This document shows, in pieces, positions 13,411 to 27,080 of a stretch of DNA of 64,000 nt (its first letter is position 1; each line of letters begins with the position of its first letter). Under the pieces are notes generated by a model. The model did no database searches, had not been told where the DNA came from, and saw only the letters and a list, made by a program, of their open reading frames with translations. Source of the DNA: Glaucostegus cemiculus. Lineage: Eukaryota. Made by a program: the position numbers and the translations under genes. The stretch is from contig CDPCPM010000052.1 in assembly GCA_976551045.1 (NCBI GenBank), positions 3,720,001-3,784,000 on the forward strand, given 5' to 3'.

Positions 13411-14307
13411 TCATTTTTTCCTTTTTAATCAACTATTTTGAGACTGATGCATTTGTTGCTCATGAATATGAAAATAAATGTTAAGCTATAGCTTTTACTC
13501 AATTTACAGAGATTTACTTTTACCAGGATACATCTTTATTTCATGCTATTGTCGATGTTCTTGTGGATCTCAATCCTTATCTATTCATCACCAGTGTGCA
13601 ACACACAGAGTTTATTTCAGATGGAAACAATAGGATTAAGGTTCACAAGCTTCAGTGAAATGTAATATTTTAAATGGTTTCTCTTTTCTAATTATAAAAC
13701 CTATTAAATACAGAGACCAATTGAAACTGTTGTCCACTTCAAAACTAGAACATATATCCTCAAGTCACTTTTGTTGGACAAGTGCAATACCTGGCCCTTC
13801 TCAAGTTCCAAGTGCAGGGACATTACTATGCAGAAAAACTCATCCCTGATCAATAGTGCTAAAAGCACTACACAGTAGTGCCCATGCTTTGTATTGCTTC
13901 CAAAATTTATTCTATTGAGCACAATGCACTGACAAGATTACATAGCCCTAATGATCAGGGATGAGTTGAGACACCATCATTTATATTTTAGTTGGATAGT
14001 GGGTGATTTAGCTTTCTTCTATCTCTCCTTTATTCAAGGAAAATAGCTAAGCAAGCACTAATGAGGCTTGATTCCAAAATAAATGCCCTACAATTCTTGT
14101 GCACAGGAAAGACTTTGCCATAAAAAAACACCTAAACTGGACTAAAGCAGCTCAGAAATAAAAATATAAGAAACCTGCAGATGAAACAATGTTTATAATA
14201 AGTATATTTTATTTAAATTCTCTAATAGGATGATTAATCTGCAATGTGGTAATAGTGCTTTTTTTTATTGTACCGCTGTAATTATGTACAATGCAAAGCT
14301 GGTTTTA

Positions 14308-14635
14308 GAAATTGCAGTTTAGTGCTTAATACTGCATTTATGCTGTAGCTCCTGGTCTCAGATTGTTGGCTTTAGTATCAGTTCCTATTTACACTGCTTG
14401 ACTGGAACTCCAATTCTCCTGCCCAGGAGAGAGCTTGGTGTATGCTTGGTTACATGCCTGCACAGAGCTCCTCTCCTAGGAGTTAACATTTAAGTGTTTA
14501 GAGAGTGCGGATGGTAGTGCCTGCACTCTGTGAACACTTAAATTAACTCCAGGTAGCTTTACGATGTGCCCTTGAGATCCAAGGGCTCCCCTGGGAGATT
14601 TTTTAAAAAACTATTTTAGCAGCACACTGGAATTC
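14308..14635. other. Multi-hairpin structured element (ancient MITE-like repeat or structured RNA)
   Basis: A ~30-bp-stem hairpin at 14475-14553 plus several 6-10 bp stems side by side. Imperfect terminal inverted repeats are flanked by TA. Confidence 0.55.
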
Positions 14636-15649
14636 TAATGTGTGCACCCTAAAATATCCATTTTAATCAAATTCACCACAGCGGTAAAGTAAACAAATTT
14701 TTTTAAGGTAAGCATAATGTAAAAATACATAAATTTCTTAATTATTCTGATAACTGTCAATTTTTGTGTGATGAGGTCACATGGTGGATGGTGAAACTTC
14801 CTCATGTTTCTTGCCAAGCAATGGGCCACTGCAGAGCAGGCAGATTGCACATTCAGCTTATTTAAGAACATGTGGCAACTATCAATTTTTTTCTTACTCT
14901 TTTGAGAGATAATTAGAACTAACTTCATGATGTTCAGCATCCAAGTTGTTAGAATTTACTAAGATCTGCAAAGCTTGAAGGAACAAATTACAATCAAACA
15001 AGCTCATCTATGATTAACATTTTAAATCACCATACCATTTCCAGGGTTGCTTAAATCAGTTGAGTTTTACAGGTACTAAGCCAAAAGCAGAAATTAATGA
15101 AATTCAGTAGTTCAGAAATCTAAGAGTTTTCCAACAATAGTACTCAGTTTCTTAAGATCCTTCACTTTCTCTGTATTTAGAATTAATGTTCATTTGTAAA
15201 AATACAATTTAATATTAAGTTGCTGAAATTCCATGACAATTTTTTTTAAGTTGCTAAGTTTTGAAGAACATATTCCTTCCAAGACAATGAAGCCAAAAAT
15301 GGCCTCCCAACTTCCCCAGAATATAGTATTACGCTGGGGAGTGTCTAGGTCACATGGATGCAATTTCTAGCAGGCTGCTGACAGTTTAATGGAACAACTC
15401 ATTGTCTGGAAGTGTTTGGGCTGAGGAAAATAGTACTATGCAAGTCCATGCCAACAAGGCAAAATCATTCAAATGAACAATCAAGAAAGGTTATATTGGA
15501 AAATCAGGACTATCCGGGGGGAAAAAGCTTCCCCCTTGCAAGTGCAATGAAAATCTGGAGTGGATCTCATATAAACTGAGTGTTGACAAGCTTGTTACAA
15601 AATTAGGACCAAAATTCTGTCTTCACACTTCCTGTTCAAAACAGTTTTA

Positions 15650-16170
15650 TTAACAATCTCCAACTATACAGTATATTTAATACAACTAAGTACCCCAGAA
15701 CACTTCATGGAAGTGAACAAATGTTAAAATACATTTTAGAAGGTGTTTGGGCAGATGACCAAAAGACTGATCAAATACGTGTGTGTTGATTTTAAAGAAG
15801 TAAAGTATACCGGAAGGATTTAGAGAAGGGAATTCTTGAGCTCATGGCTTTGGAAACTAATGGCAAGCATCTATTGTAGAGCAACTACATTACATTGAGA
15901 ATGATCAAGAGGTCAGAATTAGAGGTGTGCATTTTGCTCAAAAGAGAGGATAGGGAGGAGGGTGCACTTAGAGGCAGAGGGAAGACAACATGGGGATTTG
16001 CAAACAAGGGTGAGAATTTTAACCAAGAACTAATTTAAGGTCAGCAAGCACAAGGGGGTGATTTGGAGAATGAGAATTGGTGCAAGGGCAGCAGAGTTCT
16101 GAATGATGCTTTAGTTTACTGAGAACAAAATGCCCCAGATGTCAAGTAAAGAGGTAACAAAATAACAGCA
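15650..16170 (-). mobile_element. Decayed L2-like LINE 3' region
   Basis: GGGCAGATGACCAAAAG...TTTAGAGAAGGGAATTC..GAGCT pattern that I recognise from antisense L2 3' ends. Purine-rich, no intact ORF. Confidence 0.5.
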
Positions 16171-17129
16171 GGTTTCAGCAGAAGATTTTGTTACACTGTC
16201 ACAATACTCTTTAGAGTTTGTGACCAAATTTCCACCTCAGAGTTTTACACAATGAATTCCATACTGCTTCATCAATGGCTGATGTGGGATCCACCATGCT
16301 AGTGCAGATTGGGGTACAAGAAACCTCCAATGACTTGTCCTCTGCTGCACAGAGGCCATTCCAGGAAGCTCTACACAAATTTTAACATATACGTTTGGTA
16401 ATTTTAGTGCACAATCCTTCCTGAAATTTCATGATCTCTATTTGATGCAGTTGACGACACCATTCCACCTCCAAAGCCTCTATGTTGATAATCCCAATGT
16501 TACCCTTGCCTATTACTACCTTTTCTCTATCATGTTATACAAAGAATCTCTTCCAATGGCTTTTCACTTCAGAGTCACACGGAATACTGAAGCTGGAAAC
16601 AGACTGCTTAGCCTGAAGAAGTGGAATGGAATCGGCAGTAAAAGAGAGTTTGCGGCTGTGTAGAAGACAGTATTTTGTTTTCTTTATATATATTTAACTG
16701 GAGGAAATTATGGTTCAGAAGGCTAGTTGCCAAACAAGCTCTCTGGTGGCTCTGAGGGAATAGAAAGGTCAAGAGGGAGGGTGGTGAAATAGAGCTTGGT
16801 ATTAATCTGGATATGATGTCAAATAACAGCATACAAATGAAAAATAGGCAAGTTCAAGAGTAGGTGATAGGAGGAGGATGGGGGGCGTAGGAGTGGTGGA
16901 GGTGAGAAGAAAACCAACAGAAGACATCACAGGGAATTCTCTGGTGTCTCCATGGAGGTGAAAGTCAAGGCCCACTCAGCATGACACTGGAAGTAGTAGT
17001 TGGTGCAGTCAACTGTGTTAAGAGCTGCAGATAGGGCAAAACAGTAATGGTTATAATAAGCCAAATTGTATTTGATATATTATAAATGACACAGGATTTG
17101 GTGCAAACTAAGACAAGGGCAGCAGAGAT

Positions 17130-17540
17130 GCTGTGGCATAGAGCAGCAGTTAGCATTGCTGCCTCAAAGCTCGGAAAGGACTTGGGTTCAATCCTGACCT
17201 CAAGTGCCATCTATGCTGGTAGATTTCTAATCTTTTGGAAGAATCCTTTGATCACCACTGCATGCACATTATCCCTGTGACTGTGTGGGTTTCTCCCAAG
17301 TGTTTTGATTTCCTCCCACATATACTGGTGGGTTAATTGGCTATTGTAAAAATTACCCCATGGTGTAATTAAATGGTAAAAAGAATCAAAGGAGAGTTAA
17401 TGGTCCTACAAAAGAGAAAAGTTGCAGGAGTACAGGGAAATGATAGGCCAACTGGGACTGGGACTAATGGGATTGCTCTGCTGTGAGCTGGCACGGACTC
17501 AGTGGGCTAAATAACCTCCTTCTGCTTCATAGTGAACAAG
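17130..17540 (+). mobile_element. V-domain tRNA SINE, older copy with CR1-type tail
   Basis: Head GGCATAGAGCAGCAGTTAGC...GGGTTCAATCC, V-core CTGTGTGGGTTTCTCCCAAGTGTTTTGATTTCCTCCCACAT, tail GGGCTAAATAACCTCCTTCTG. Confidence 0.7.
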
Positions 17541-18729
17541 TAACTGCGTCTTTTTGCGAGTCACAGGTTGTGCTTACTTGTGTTTACTTAATTCACAAAT
17601 TACTTATTTGGGCTATTTTGGTAACTGCCGACAGTAAAATGATGTGGGATGGCCCTATAGAATAATGTTACTCAGTGCAATCAGCTGCTCTGCTGTCCAT
17701 CTGAACATTCTAGATCAAGGATGCAGAACCCCTGATTTGACACCCAGAACGTATCATGGCTGGCAATGATGTCTTGAACACAATTTCATGGTGAGTCATT
17801 TGTTTTATGTTTGTTTTGCACTCTAGTACCCACTAATTTTTAATTACAGGTCCTGGCACCATTGTCAAGGGTATAAAATACATACAGAGATTCTGGGAAT
17901 GGTCTCTGATGTGCCAGCAGATAAATAGTCTTTTGGAGGAAACCGTAACGCATCACTGGAATATGGTGGATGCCTTCACAACTCTAGCCAATATGGGGGC
18001 TCTATGCCAGAAGCCATGAGAAGAGATTCAATTGCTAACATGCAGTTCAGGTGCTGCCAAGGAAGTTTGAATGCCGATAAAGAAAAGGTCATTTTTCCTG
18101 GATTTTCCAGAATTCTACTTGCTACATAGTTATGAATAAGTTTCCGTTTTCAGAACACAATCACAGCAAAGATGTCCTTGCAGAAGCACACAAGGAACAC
18201 CCTTCAACATCATCAAAGTAAGACCTCTTCATTCCCAAGAGCCCCATTGTGGTGTGAATCAGCCAACAACCTTAAAAGTATTTACCGCTGAAAACAATGA
18301 GGAAAAGTATTAGTATAGGTTTAAGAGATCACAATTACATGATTTCACACTGGAAACACAAGTCACAAAGGAAGTATGGGTTTTCAATAAAATTCCGCTT
18401 GTTTTAGTCATTGGCCATGGAGACTTTGCAACCAGATTTCCAAATCAGTTAATAGCATCAGTCATAACGTGATGCTTATGGTCCAGGTGAAATCTGTGCC
18501 CAGTTTCTGTTCCCTGATCTACTCATCGCTTTGTTTGCCTATCGCCTTTTCCATCTTTAGCAAAATCCACTGAGGACTGCTTATAAAATTGGAGGAAGGG
18601 AAAAGTTAAAACCCCTCAGCAGGAGGAAGGGTGAAAACTAAAATACCCCAGGAAGAGATTCTGCGCAACAGCTCCCTGCTAATTTTCCATTTGCTGAAAT
18701 ACCCACCAAAAGTTGCAGTTATAGAGCCC

Positions 18730-19300
18730 AAGAGGAATAAAGACAGAAACAGGTCATTTGGCCCACTATGCCCAAGCCAACCATCAAGTATTTATCCCAT
18801 TTTTACATCTGATATATCTATACATCCCATTTTCCTGCACTTAGCCTTAGAGATTCAAGTGCCCATTTAGATACTTCTTAAATGTGGAGAGAGTACCGGC
18901 CCCCACCACCCCTTCAGGCACTTGTTCCAGATTCCAACTACCCTCTGCATGTAAAGATTCTTCCTCAGATCCCCTCTAAACTTCCTATCCCTTACCTTAA
19001 GCCTATTCTGTTGGTTTTAGATATCTCAGCCAAGAGGAAAAGTTTCTTAGTACCTATGCCCCTCATAATTTTGTATACCTCAAACCACTGCATCCTCCTC
19101 CACTCCTAAAAACCCATCCTATTCAATCCCTTCTCATGACTGAAACACTCCATCCTGGTGAACTGCCTCTGCATTCTCTCTGTGCAAACACTTTCTTCCT
19201 ACAGTGTGGCTACCAGTACTGTGGGCATTATTTCTGCTGAGGCCTAACATTTTATACAGTTGAAACATTACCTCCCAACTTCTATATTCTATGTCCCAGC
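18730..19300 (-). mobile_element. CR1-like LINE 3' fragment
   Basis: Reverse complement contains GTATACAAAATTATGAGGGGCATAG (YKIMRG) and TTTAGAGGGGATCTGAGGAAGAA (FRGDLRKN), plus a CR1 tail near 18740-18780. Confidence 0.75.
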
Positions 19301-20241
19301 AAGTACCATTTTAGCATCAAGAGTGCCTTCTTACGCACCTTAAGAAAACTACAATAGCAAAAGTCAGCCTGGATTAACCTGCAGGTTGGTAGATTAATAG
19401 ACCATTCCAAACTGTCCCTTGGTATGTAGGTCAGTGGTAGAATCTGGAGGGGGCTAAAATTGATAGGAATATGGGGAGATTAATTTGGAATTAGTGTAGG
19501 ATTAAAGTAGGTGTATTTTTGATGGCCAAAACTGACTCGGTGGGCCAAAGAGTCTGTTTTTGTGCTGACATAATTACTTTTTCATAAATGATCCAGATAA
19601 AAATGGGTTTAAATTCTCTTAAAATTAGAATTAAAATTAAATTAAAATTAAAATCAACAATGTGCTAAAAAATTGTTTTTCAATTATGGAAATAAAAATG
19701 CATTCTTCAAATTTCTTGAAGGTGTAATTTTACTTTAAGGATACTATTAGGAAATTAACTGCCAAATCGCAACAAATTGCAGTATACAATTGTTGATTCA
19801 GTTCTTCTGAGCTATTTTCTCATTTGGTGGTTTCTGCTTTCTGGTTTACAGGACCTGTTGCACTCTTTAGACCCAGTTCTGTATAGGTTGACTCTGATCT
19901 TGAAGGTTTGTGTATTTGCAAATGACATGACTTTTAGGCAGCGTACACAGGTGAAAGTGTTGGTATACCTCTGCAATGACACACATCCATCCAGTGAACA
20001 ACAATAATAAAGATGATGAGCACAGCAGGTCAGAAAGCATCTTCATACTGGCATAAGGATAGTATGCCATATTATAATGTTAGGCTATAATCCAACTCAG
20101 AATATCTAGTGGATGTACATTACGTTTTGGGCACCACAAACCTCAGTAAGTCTGCTAAATTAATCTCTGGGACTAGCATCAGTTATATATGATTAGTAGG
20201 TCAGGAACTAATGGCACTTGCATATTATAATTCTAAAATTA

Positions 20242-20472
<231 letters not shown>

Positions 20473-21859
20473 CTACAACAGAAAAAGTATACAAGTTAAA
20501 TGATTGTTTTAATCCCCTGCCAAAATATATCAAATATTATTTCAGAAGTTTTTTTTCTTGGTACAATGGGATTTAAAATAAGGCTGCTGCCTAGAAATTT
20601 ATCCCCAGCCAGGAATTGTAAATGTGCATTGTACCCTGCCTGTGAAATTTATGAAATGAAATTTCCAAAGTAACGTAGACAATGCTGTGATGTTATACTG
20701 TACTGTAGAGTGGCTCTACTACTATTTACCAAGGTTAAATTTCAAGCCATTGAGTTCTAATCCTTGCAATGGGAAAAGGATGTGGTTGTATTCCCGTTTT
20801 CAAAGTCTCAAGATCATATGTTTTCTTATTTTTGTTCTCCAGATAGTTTTTCTCCTGCCCCTTAATATCCCTTTACTATAAAAACCTGCTTCGAATTATA
20901 TGTAGACATTGATTCCATGGATCAGAACAAAAAATAATTCACAATGGCCATTTGTAACATTAATCAGAAATGGAGCTTTATAAGCAGTGATCTCTTTTCA
21001 CTCTTACATCATTGTCAAAATTTTAGCTGAGCTAATGTGCTGTTAATTTGTATAAAATGGCATCTGAAAATTCAAATAAAAGATACAAAGAAAGAAATAC
21101 CTCTGATGTAACCAACACAAATTTTCTTAATTCATCTGATATCACAGTAACACTGAGCATAGGATAACACCCTGAAGCCTTTGGCAGTGCAGTCCTGAGA
21201 AGGATATAACCAATTTTGTACATTATCACAAAAATACATGACAGGGACATATACAACATGTGCTGTAGTCAGAGGTTTAGAGTAGCCCAAGGACACCAGT
21301 TGGGATACTAAATTTCAAATTCAGTGGTCACAGTTCTAATAAAGAGAATTCATTCAAAGTAATAATTTTCAGAAACATAAAGTGCTGAAGGTATTCAACT
21401 GCACCCTGCAATAAGTTAGGAAATATCTAGCTCAGTGAACTCTTACAGTCTGATAATACAAGTGCCACTGCAGTAACTACAACTATCAGCTCTTTCTGAT
21501 AGGAAGTCTGTTAATTTCCTTTCACAATATTCAGCAGTTTCACCAGCATGAGAGAAAGAACAATGATATTTAAAAATTGGCCTTATTCCTGGCTTTCTGT
21601 GCACTTAAAAAAAACACAAGGAGAGATACTGAACTTCAGTGGGAGCACAAGATGGGTGACCACAGACCAACCACTTGTATATCCAACACATTGAATTTCA
21701 TCTCCTAATTTCAAGTTTTTTTTAGATTGCTAGGTTTCTAGCATACACAGAAACCCATAATCACACTCATTCTTCCAGCTAATCAACTGAGAAATCAACA
21801 TGGATACACTTATTACTTGTCCAGTGTAAGATTTTCACTTTTTCCTACGTAGACAGGTT

Positions 21860-22000
21860 ATCAACAGCTAGAGTTTGGCACCTTGACCTGAAGGGGTTTG
21901 GCTATGACCCCAACGTGGGCAGCTGGGACTAGCTCGCTGAGCAACATAATTGGCATGGACGAGTTGGGCCAAAGGGCCTATTTCCATACTGTATGACCCA
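21860..22000 (+). mobile_element. Short CR1-like 3' tail
   Basis: GGCATGGACGAGTTGGGCCAAAGGGCCTATTTCCATACTGTATGAC is the CR1 3' stem-loop and terminus, also seen at 35910-35965. Confidence 0.7.
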
Positions 22001-22019
22001 ATGTATGCACAGATACTCC

Positions 22020-22290
22020 TACTTATATCTACTCCATAGTTATCTCTAGTGTTTTTACCATCCTCTTTCATCCAGGTCATCTCAATTTTGCCATTTAAAT
22101 CTCTTCCTCCTTCTATTCAATCATGTGCTCTCTTTATCCCTCTCCCTTTTCTCTGAATCTTAAAATTTGTCATATCCCTAATTTTTCCAGTTCTAATTAA
22201 AGTCATCAACACAAGATGTTAACTTTCCTTCCATTGACGTTACTAAGAATTTTCAGTATTTTTGGTTTTATTTAGGATTTTTAGCATCTA
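22020..22290 (+). mobile_element. Penelope-type 3' region and terminal repeat, decayed
   Basis: Pyrimidine-rich tract followed by CCAGTTCTAATTAAAGTCATCAAC..AGATGTTAACT and TTTTATTTAGGATTTTTAGCATCT. Confidence 0.5.
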
Positions 22291-23780
22291 CAACATTTTG
22301 CTTTTGGCTTACTGATGAGCTTACCCAGAAAATAAGCAAGACATTTACCTACAGAAAGCATTCCACTATGGTCGACCCAGAACCACTTTGCCTGTTCCCT
22401 TTAGGGTAAGCTGGAGACAAAAGTCAGGCTCCAGAATACTGCAGATCTATCTGGCTCAACTATCTAATTACCTTGGCCATCAGAAGGGCAAAGCAGTTCC
22501 AATATACCATCATGAGGCATTCCATCTTGGACCCAGCTTTATCCTTAAAAACAATACTTAACTTGCCTTTCTTGTATTATTGATGAAGGATTTGCTGAGT
22601 TTTATTGCCCCTGCTTATAATGACAGGCAAGTGAAATCAGGCTTTGAGTCTGATGTCCTCATCTTTAAATTTGCTCTTGGTTTGTTTTAGATTACTCATC
22701 ATAGCAAATGGAGCTAAATTATGTGTTCATCAGCTGATATTTCCAACTGTAACAAGACATTAGTTGGAAATGTATTATTTTATAAATTGGGCCGTTACAG
22801 AGATCAAGAGGTTTGTATACAGCACTAATACTGGATAGCTGATACTGGGGAGGGGATGTCAAAGAACGATTAACAAATCAGACTGAGTGGTGAACAAGCA
22901 GTTGTGGATCAGACAAGTGGAAATGTGTGCTACATTACAAAACAGAAGAGGCACTGCAAAATAAAGAGTAACATTCTGAACATACACCTACATGTAAATA
23001 CTGAAGACTATTTTGAATATTGCTAGTCAAATTTCATAAACCTGTATTAAATGAGCAAATTTATGAATGCAAAATGTGATTTGCTATTGGGCATTTTACT
23101 AACATCACAGACGCATGCAATTCCTCTAAACCAGCAATTCATGTATGATTAATTAGAATATTTCATTTATACAGTGCACACTTTAGCTCATTACTCTAAG
23201 TAAAATTTGTTAAGTATTTACATTTAGATAATTAAAATCTGGTTACACCCTTAAGAAACATGTATGGTCTTCAGGCAAAAGCTTTTGTGACTACTTACAG
23301 TAAATTACCAATTTAAATTACATCACTGCCTGCCTCAATATAGTCTCATTGATGCTGCATTTTGCACCAAGGGAGACTGCTGTAAATCAGACAGCACTTG
23401 CCCTTTAAGGAGCTAGTTTTCCAACATCATTTCTTCTAACACTCTCTCAGATTTAAAAAGAAATAAATCATCAGCCAGTGTGGCAGAGTTACTTCACTGC
23501 ATGACAGACTCATAAGACAATGGTGGGAAGAAATTAGGATTTTAGCGACCATTTTTTGAGTGCTAAGGTGCCCCAAGAGTTCCAAAATGTTATCCTCAAC
23601 AGACACACATATTGGTGGGGCAAAAGGAGCCAGATGCCATTGGTGACAGCATAAATGAACATTTATTGTAAATACACAGAGCTGGCATTGACCAGGATTC
23701 AATGTTGATCTGATACCATTGCAGCATTTTGGAGTTCAGCACTCCAGTTAACACTCTCCCTTAATCTTCCTTGACTGAAA

Positions 23781-24606
23781 TGGGACCCACTCATACTTCA
23801 ACAGCAGTGAGAGAATCTGTAGAAATGTAACAATATCTTACAGAAATCAACCAACAACTAACCTACAAGTAGTTGATGATAAGGCATAGCAATATAGTGG
23901 TTAAATCATTGGATAAGTATTGAGAGTCCTGACTATTGTTTTGGCACATAAAATTTTGAATTCCATGACAGCTGGGAAACTTAAATTTAAGTGCTTAAAT
24001 AAATTTAGAATAAGAATTATATATTGGTTTTGATGACCATGAATCTATATGTTTGTTGTAAAAATTCATCCAGAATTTAAACAGAAAAGGCATTGTATCA
24101 TTTCTAAATAAAAGGAAGATTGTATTTTTCTTCTTCTCTGGAATGGAAGTGTCACTAGATAAGACAGCATTTATTGCCCATCCCTAATTGTCCCTGAACC
24201 AAATGGTCTATTGGACCATTTCAGAGTCAACTGCATTGCTATGGGTTTGGAGTCATATAAAGGCCAGACGGAATAAGGGTGGTGAATTTGATTCCCTAAA
24301 GGACACTTGTGAACTGGATGAATTTTTACAACAAACATATAGATTCATGGTCATCAAAACCAATATATAATTCTTATTCTAAATTTATTTAAGCACTTAA
24401 ATTTAAGTTTCCCAGCTGTCATGGAATTCAAAATTTTATGTGCCAAAACAATAGTCAGGACTCTCAATACTTATCCAATGATTTAACCACTATATTGCTA
24501 TGCCTTATCATCAACTACTTGTAGGTTAGTTGTTGGTTGATTTCTGTAAGATATTGTTACATTTCTACAGATTCTCTCACTGCTGTTGAAGTATGAGTGG
24601 GTCCCA
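23781..24606. repeat. Perfect 293-bp inverted repeat (23781-24073 / 24314-24606), 240-bp spacer
   Basis: Arms compared by eye base by base show no mismatch or indel. Coordinate sums are equal (48387) at both the outer and inner ends. Confidence 0.97.
24140..24510 (-). mobile_element. Decayed tRNA-derived SINE spanning the spacer and right arm of the inverted repeat
   Basis: Tail CAGCATTTATTGCCCATCCCTAATTG, body GGAGTCA..GGCCAGAC..TCCCTAAAGGACA, and a tRNA-like head near 24400-24505. Related copies at 4380 and 5570. Confidence 0.65.
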
Positions 24607-24949
24607 GATGCTGAAGGTCTTTTCACCAATTGCAAGACTTTTGTACAAACCAACTCTCCCAAGACATGGGTAGGTTAGTAACTATCCCAGCTGGAATACA
24701 GTTTGAATAGAAAAATGTAAAATAGGTCAAGCTTCTGGAAGGAACTGATGGAAAAAGTGAAGAAATCTCAACAGAGGGCCACATCTATCTGGAAATTTAG
24801 GGAGCCAATCTCCTCCCTGGGCCTCAGCAAAGAACAATGTACAAAATATGTCCTATTCACTGTCATCCTCACTGAAATCTGTCAGCTACCACAATCATAA
24901 TACCTGTGGAGTGGGACAAATACTAGATTGCTTGTGGCTGTCAAGGTCA

Positions 24950-26330
24950 GCATTGCTGTATCACAGTATCTGCTCTTCCCTGCAGTATATATATGGTCCA
25001 ATGTGCTCTATTCAAAGAGAACCAACACAAGGGTTATCCACTAACAGCCTGGCCAATATAATCAGTGTGGCCAGTTGACCTTACAAAATCTTCCACACAA
25101 ACATCTGGGCTTGTGTCTCAATTGGGAATGTTGTTCCACAGATTAGTCAAGCAACAGTCTGACACTGCCATACTCACAAAATCATAGTTTGTGGATAACA
25201 TAACAGACTTCTCAATCTAAGGCGATGTCTGTCTCACCAGCTGGACTGACCCTCTAGAAGTGCAGCATGGTGGCATACAGCCAGTAAGGAGTAGCAATTA
25301 AGTCTTCAACATTGACTCCAGATGCCATGAAGCCTCATGACTTCAGGTCAACAAAGGTTTTGCTTTGGAAACTACCTCTTGAATACCACCTGTAGTCCTC
25401 CCTCAGACTATGGATCAGTACTGCACCATGTTTAGCACTACTTGGAGGAAGCACTGAAAATAAAAGGGCGCAGAATATACAGTGGGTGAAGGCCTTCAAT
25501 GTCCATCAACAAGAATGATTGGCCGACAGGCAGAGTCTTGAAGAATGCAGCTGCCAGACTGGGACCACAATGAGGATACAAACACGAGCAACTAACCTAC
25601 CTGCGGCAGAGGTGGCAAGTGACAGCAAAGGCTATGGGACCAGGCAATATCTTAGCTGCAGTACTGAGGACCTGTGCTCTAAACTAGCCACTAGCCAAGC
25701 TGTCCAACGCAGTTACAACATTGGTGTCTATCCAACAATGTTCAGGAACATCCTGTTCACAAAACACAGAACAGTATCAATCCTACAAATCATGGTCCAA
25801 ACAGCTTACACTCAGTCATCAGCAAAGTGATGAACGACATTGTCGACAGCGCAAACAAGCAGGACTGACTTACCCACAACCTATTCATCCATGTGTAGTT
25901 TCAGTTTGGCCTGGACCACTCGACCACAGACCACATCATTGCATTTGGTTCAAACATGAACTAAGAGGTGATTTTCAGAAGTGATAGGAGACTGATTGGG
26001 CTTGACAATAAACCTTCACTTAACCAAATGTGGCTCTGATAAAACACAGAAAATGGGTATCACGGAGGAGACATTTCAATGATTGGAATCGTACGTCACA
26101 GAAGGCAGACGGTTATGGTTATTGAGAGACAATCATCCCAACCCACAACATTAATCTCTTCAGACAGTGTCCTAGATCCAATTGCCTTCAGCTACTTCAT
26201 CACTTACATTCCTTCTATCATAATGAGGATGTTCACCAATGGTTATACTATGTTAACTCCATTTGCAACTCATCAGAAAATGAAAGCCAAAGAACCACAC
26301 CAAGTATGATAGAGTAGACCAAAGGACATA
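24950..26330 (+). mobile_element. Decayed CR1-clade LINE of a second family (endonuclease to RT remnants)
   Basis: Remnants LVKQQSDTAILTKS (APE N-terminus), SYNIGVYPTM, and SSDSVLDPIAFSYFITYIPS (PQGSVLGP..FINDLP-like). Large internal deletions. Confidence 0.65.
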
Positions 26331-26689
26331 TTTATACCAAAATCAGAAATTACTAACAATTTGTCTTCCTCGGTGATCACTTAATTTTCTCTTGGGTCAT
26401 AGTACAGCTTGCCTGTATTACTGAGGAATTCACTAAGTTACCTGGATCTCATCTGTCATCAAAAAATAGTTCACCTGAAGGGAGAATAAGAACTGAATAA
26501 GGAGATAAGGATCAGGAAAAAGGTGGTAAGGTTTTGGGGGGGTGGGGGGGGGGTGGATTTTAACAATATGGCCATTCCACAGCCACTGCTGAGGTGGGTG
26601 GATTAAAATCAAGCTCTCACATATTAAGTACATATTGAACACAATTAATGATATTTAAAAAATATATAATTTTTCATGGTATGCAATGC

Positions 26690-27080
26690 CATCATTTATT
26701 TCCCATCCCTTCATGAGAAGGTGATGGTGAACGTATTCCCAGAACGCTGCTGGAAAAGGAGGCCCAATGATAGTCAAATGCATGACATTGAAAAACATTG
26801 CCAAAGTCCAATGAACCATCCACTATGAGTCTGTGGCACAAGGAGAAAAGAATTGAGTCATGTAATGTTAAGTCCAGGGAAGACCGTGCACTTCTTTGGT
26901 TTTGCAATGCTTTGTAGCAGTGCACCACAAAAGAACACTGATTGAAAGCAGCACCTTTGTATTCTATGCTAATGGATCTCAAAGATAACTGCAATGATAA
27001 AATGGTTATCAATTCTTACTCTTCGTTCAGCTTTACAGGCATCACCATTACAGAAGACTGCATACCTGCCACTGATGAAA
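26690..27080 (-). mobile_element. Decayed LINE 3' fragment (second CR1-clade family)
   Basis: CATTTATTTCCCATCCCT..GAGAAGGTGATGGTGA matches the tail shared with the SINE at 24140. Confidence 0.4.

Noticed and set aside
23781-24606. MITE or DNA transposon with long TIRs
   Set aside because: One arm is continuous with an old SINE running into the spacer, and no TSD is evident. Local inverted duplication explains it better.
26536-26556. G-run as a functional G-quadruplex
   Set aside because: A simple homopolymer on the non-transcript strand with no contextual support.
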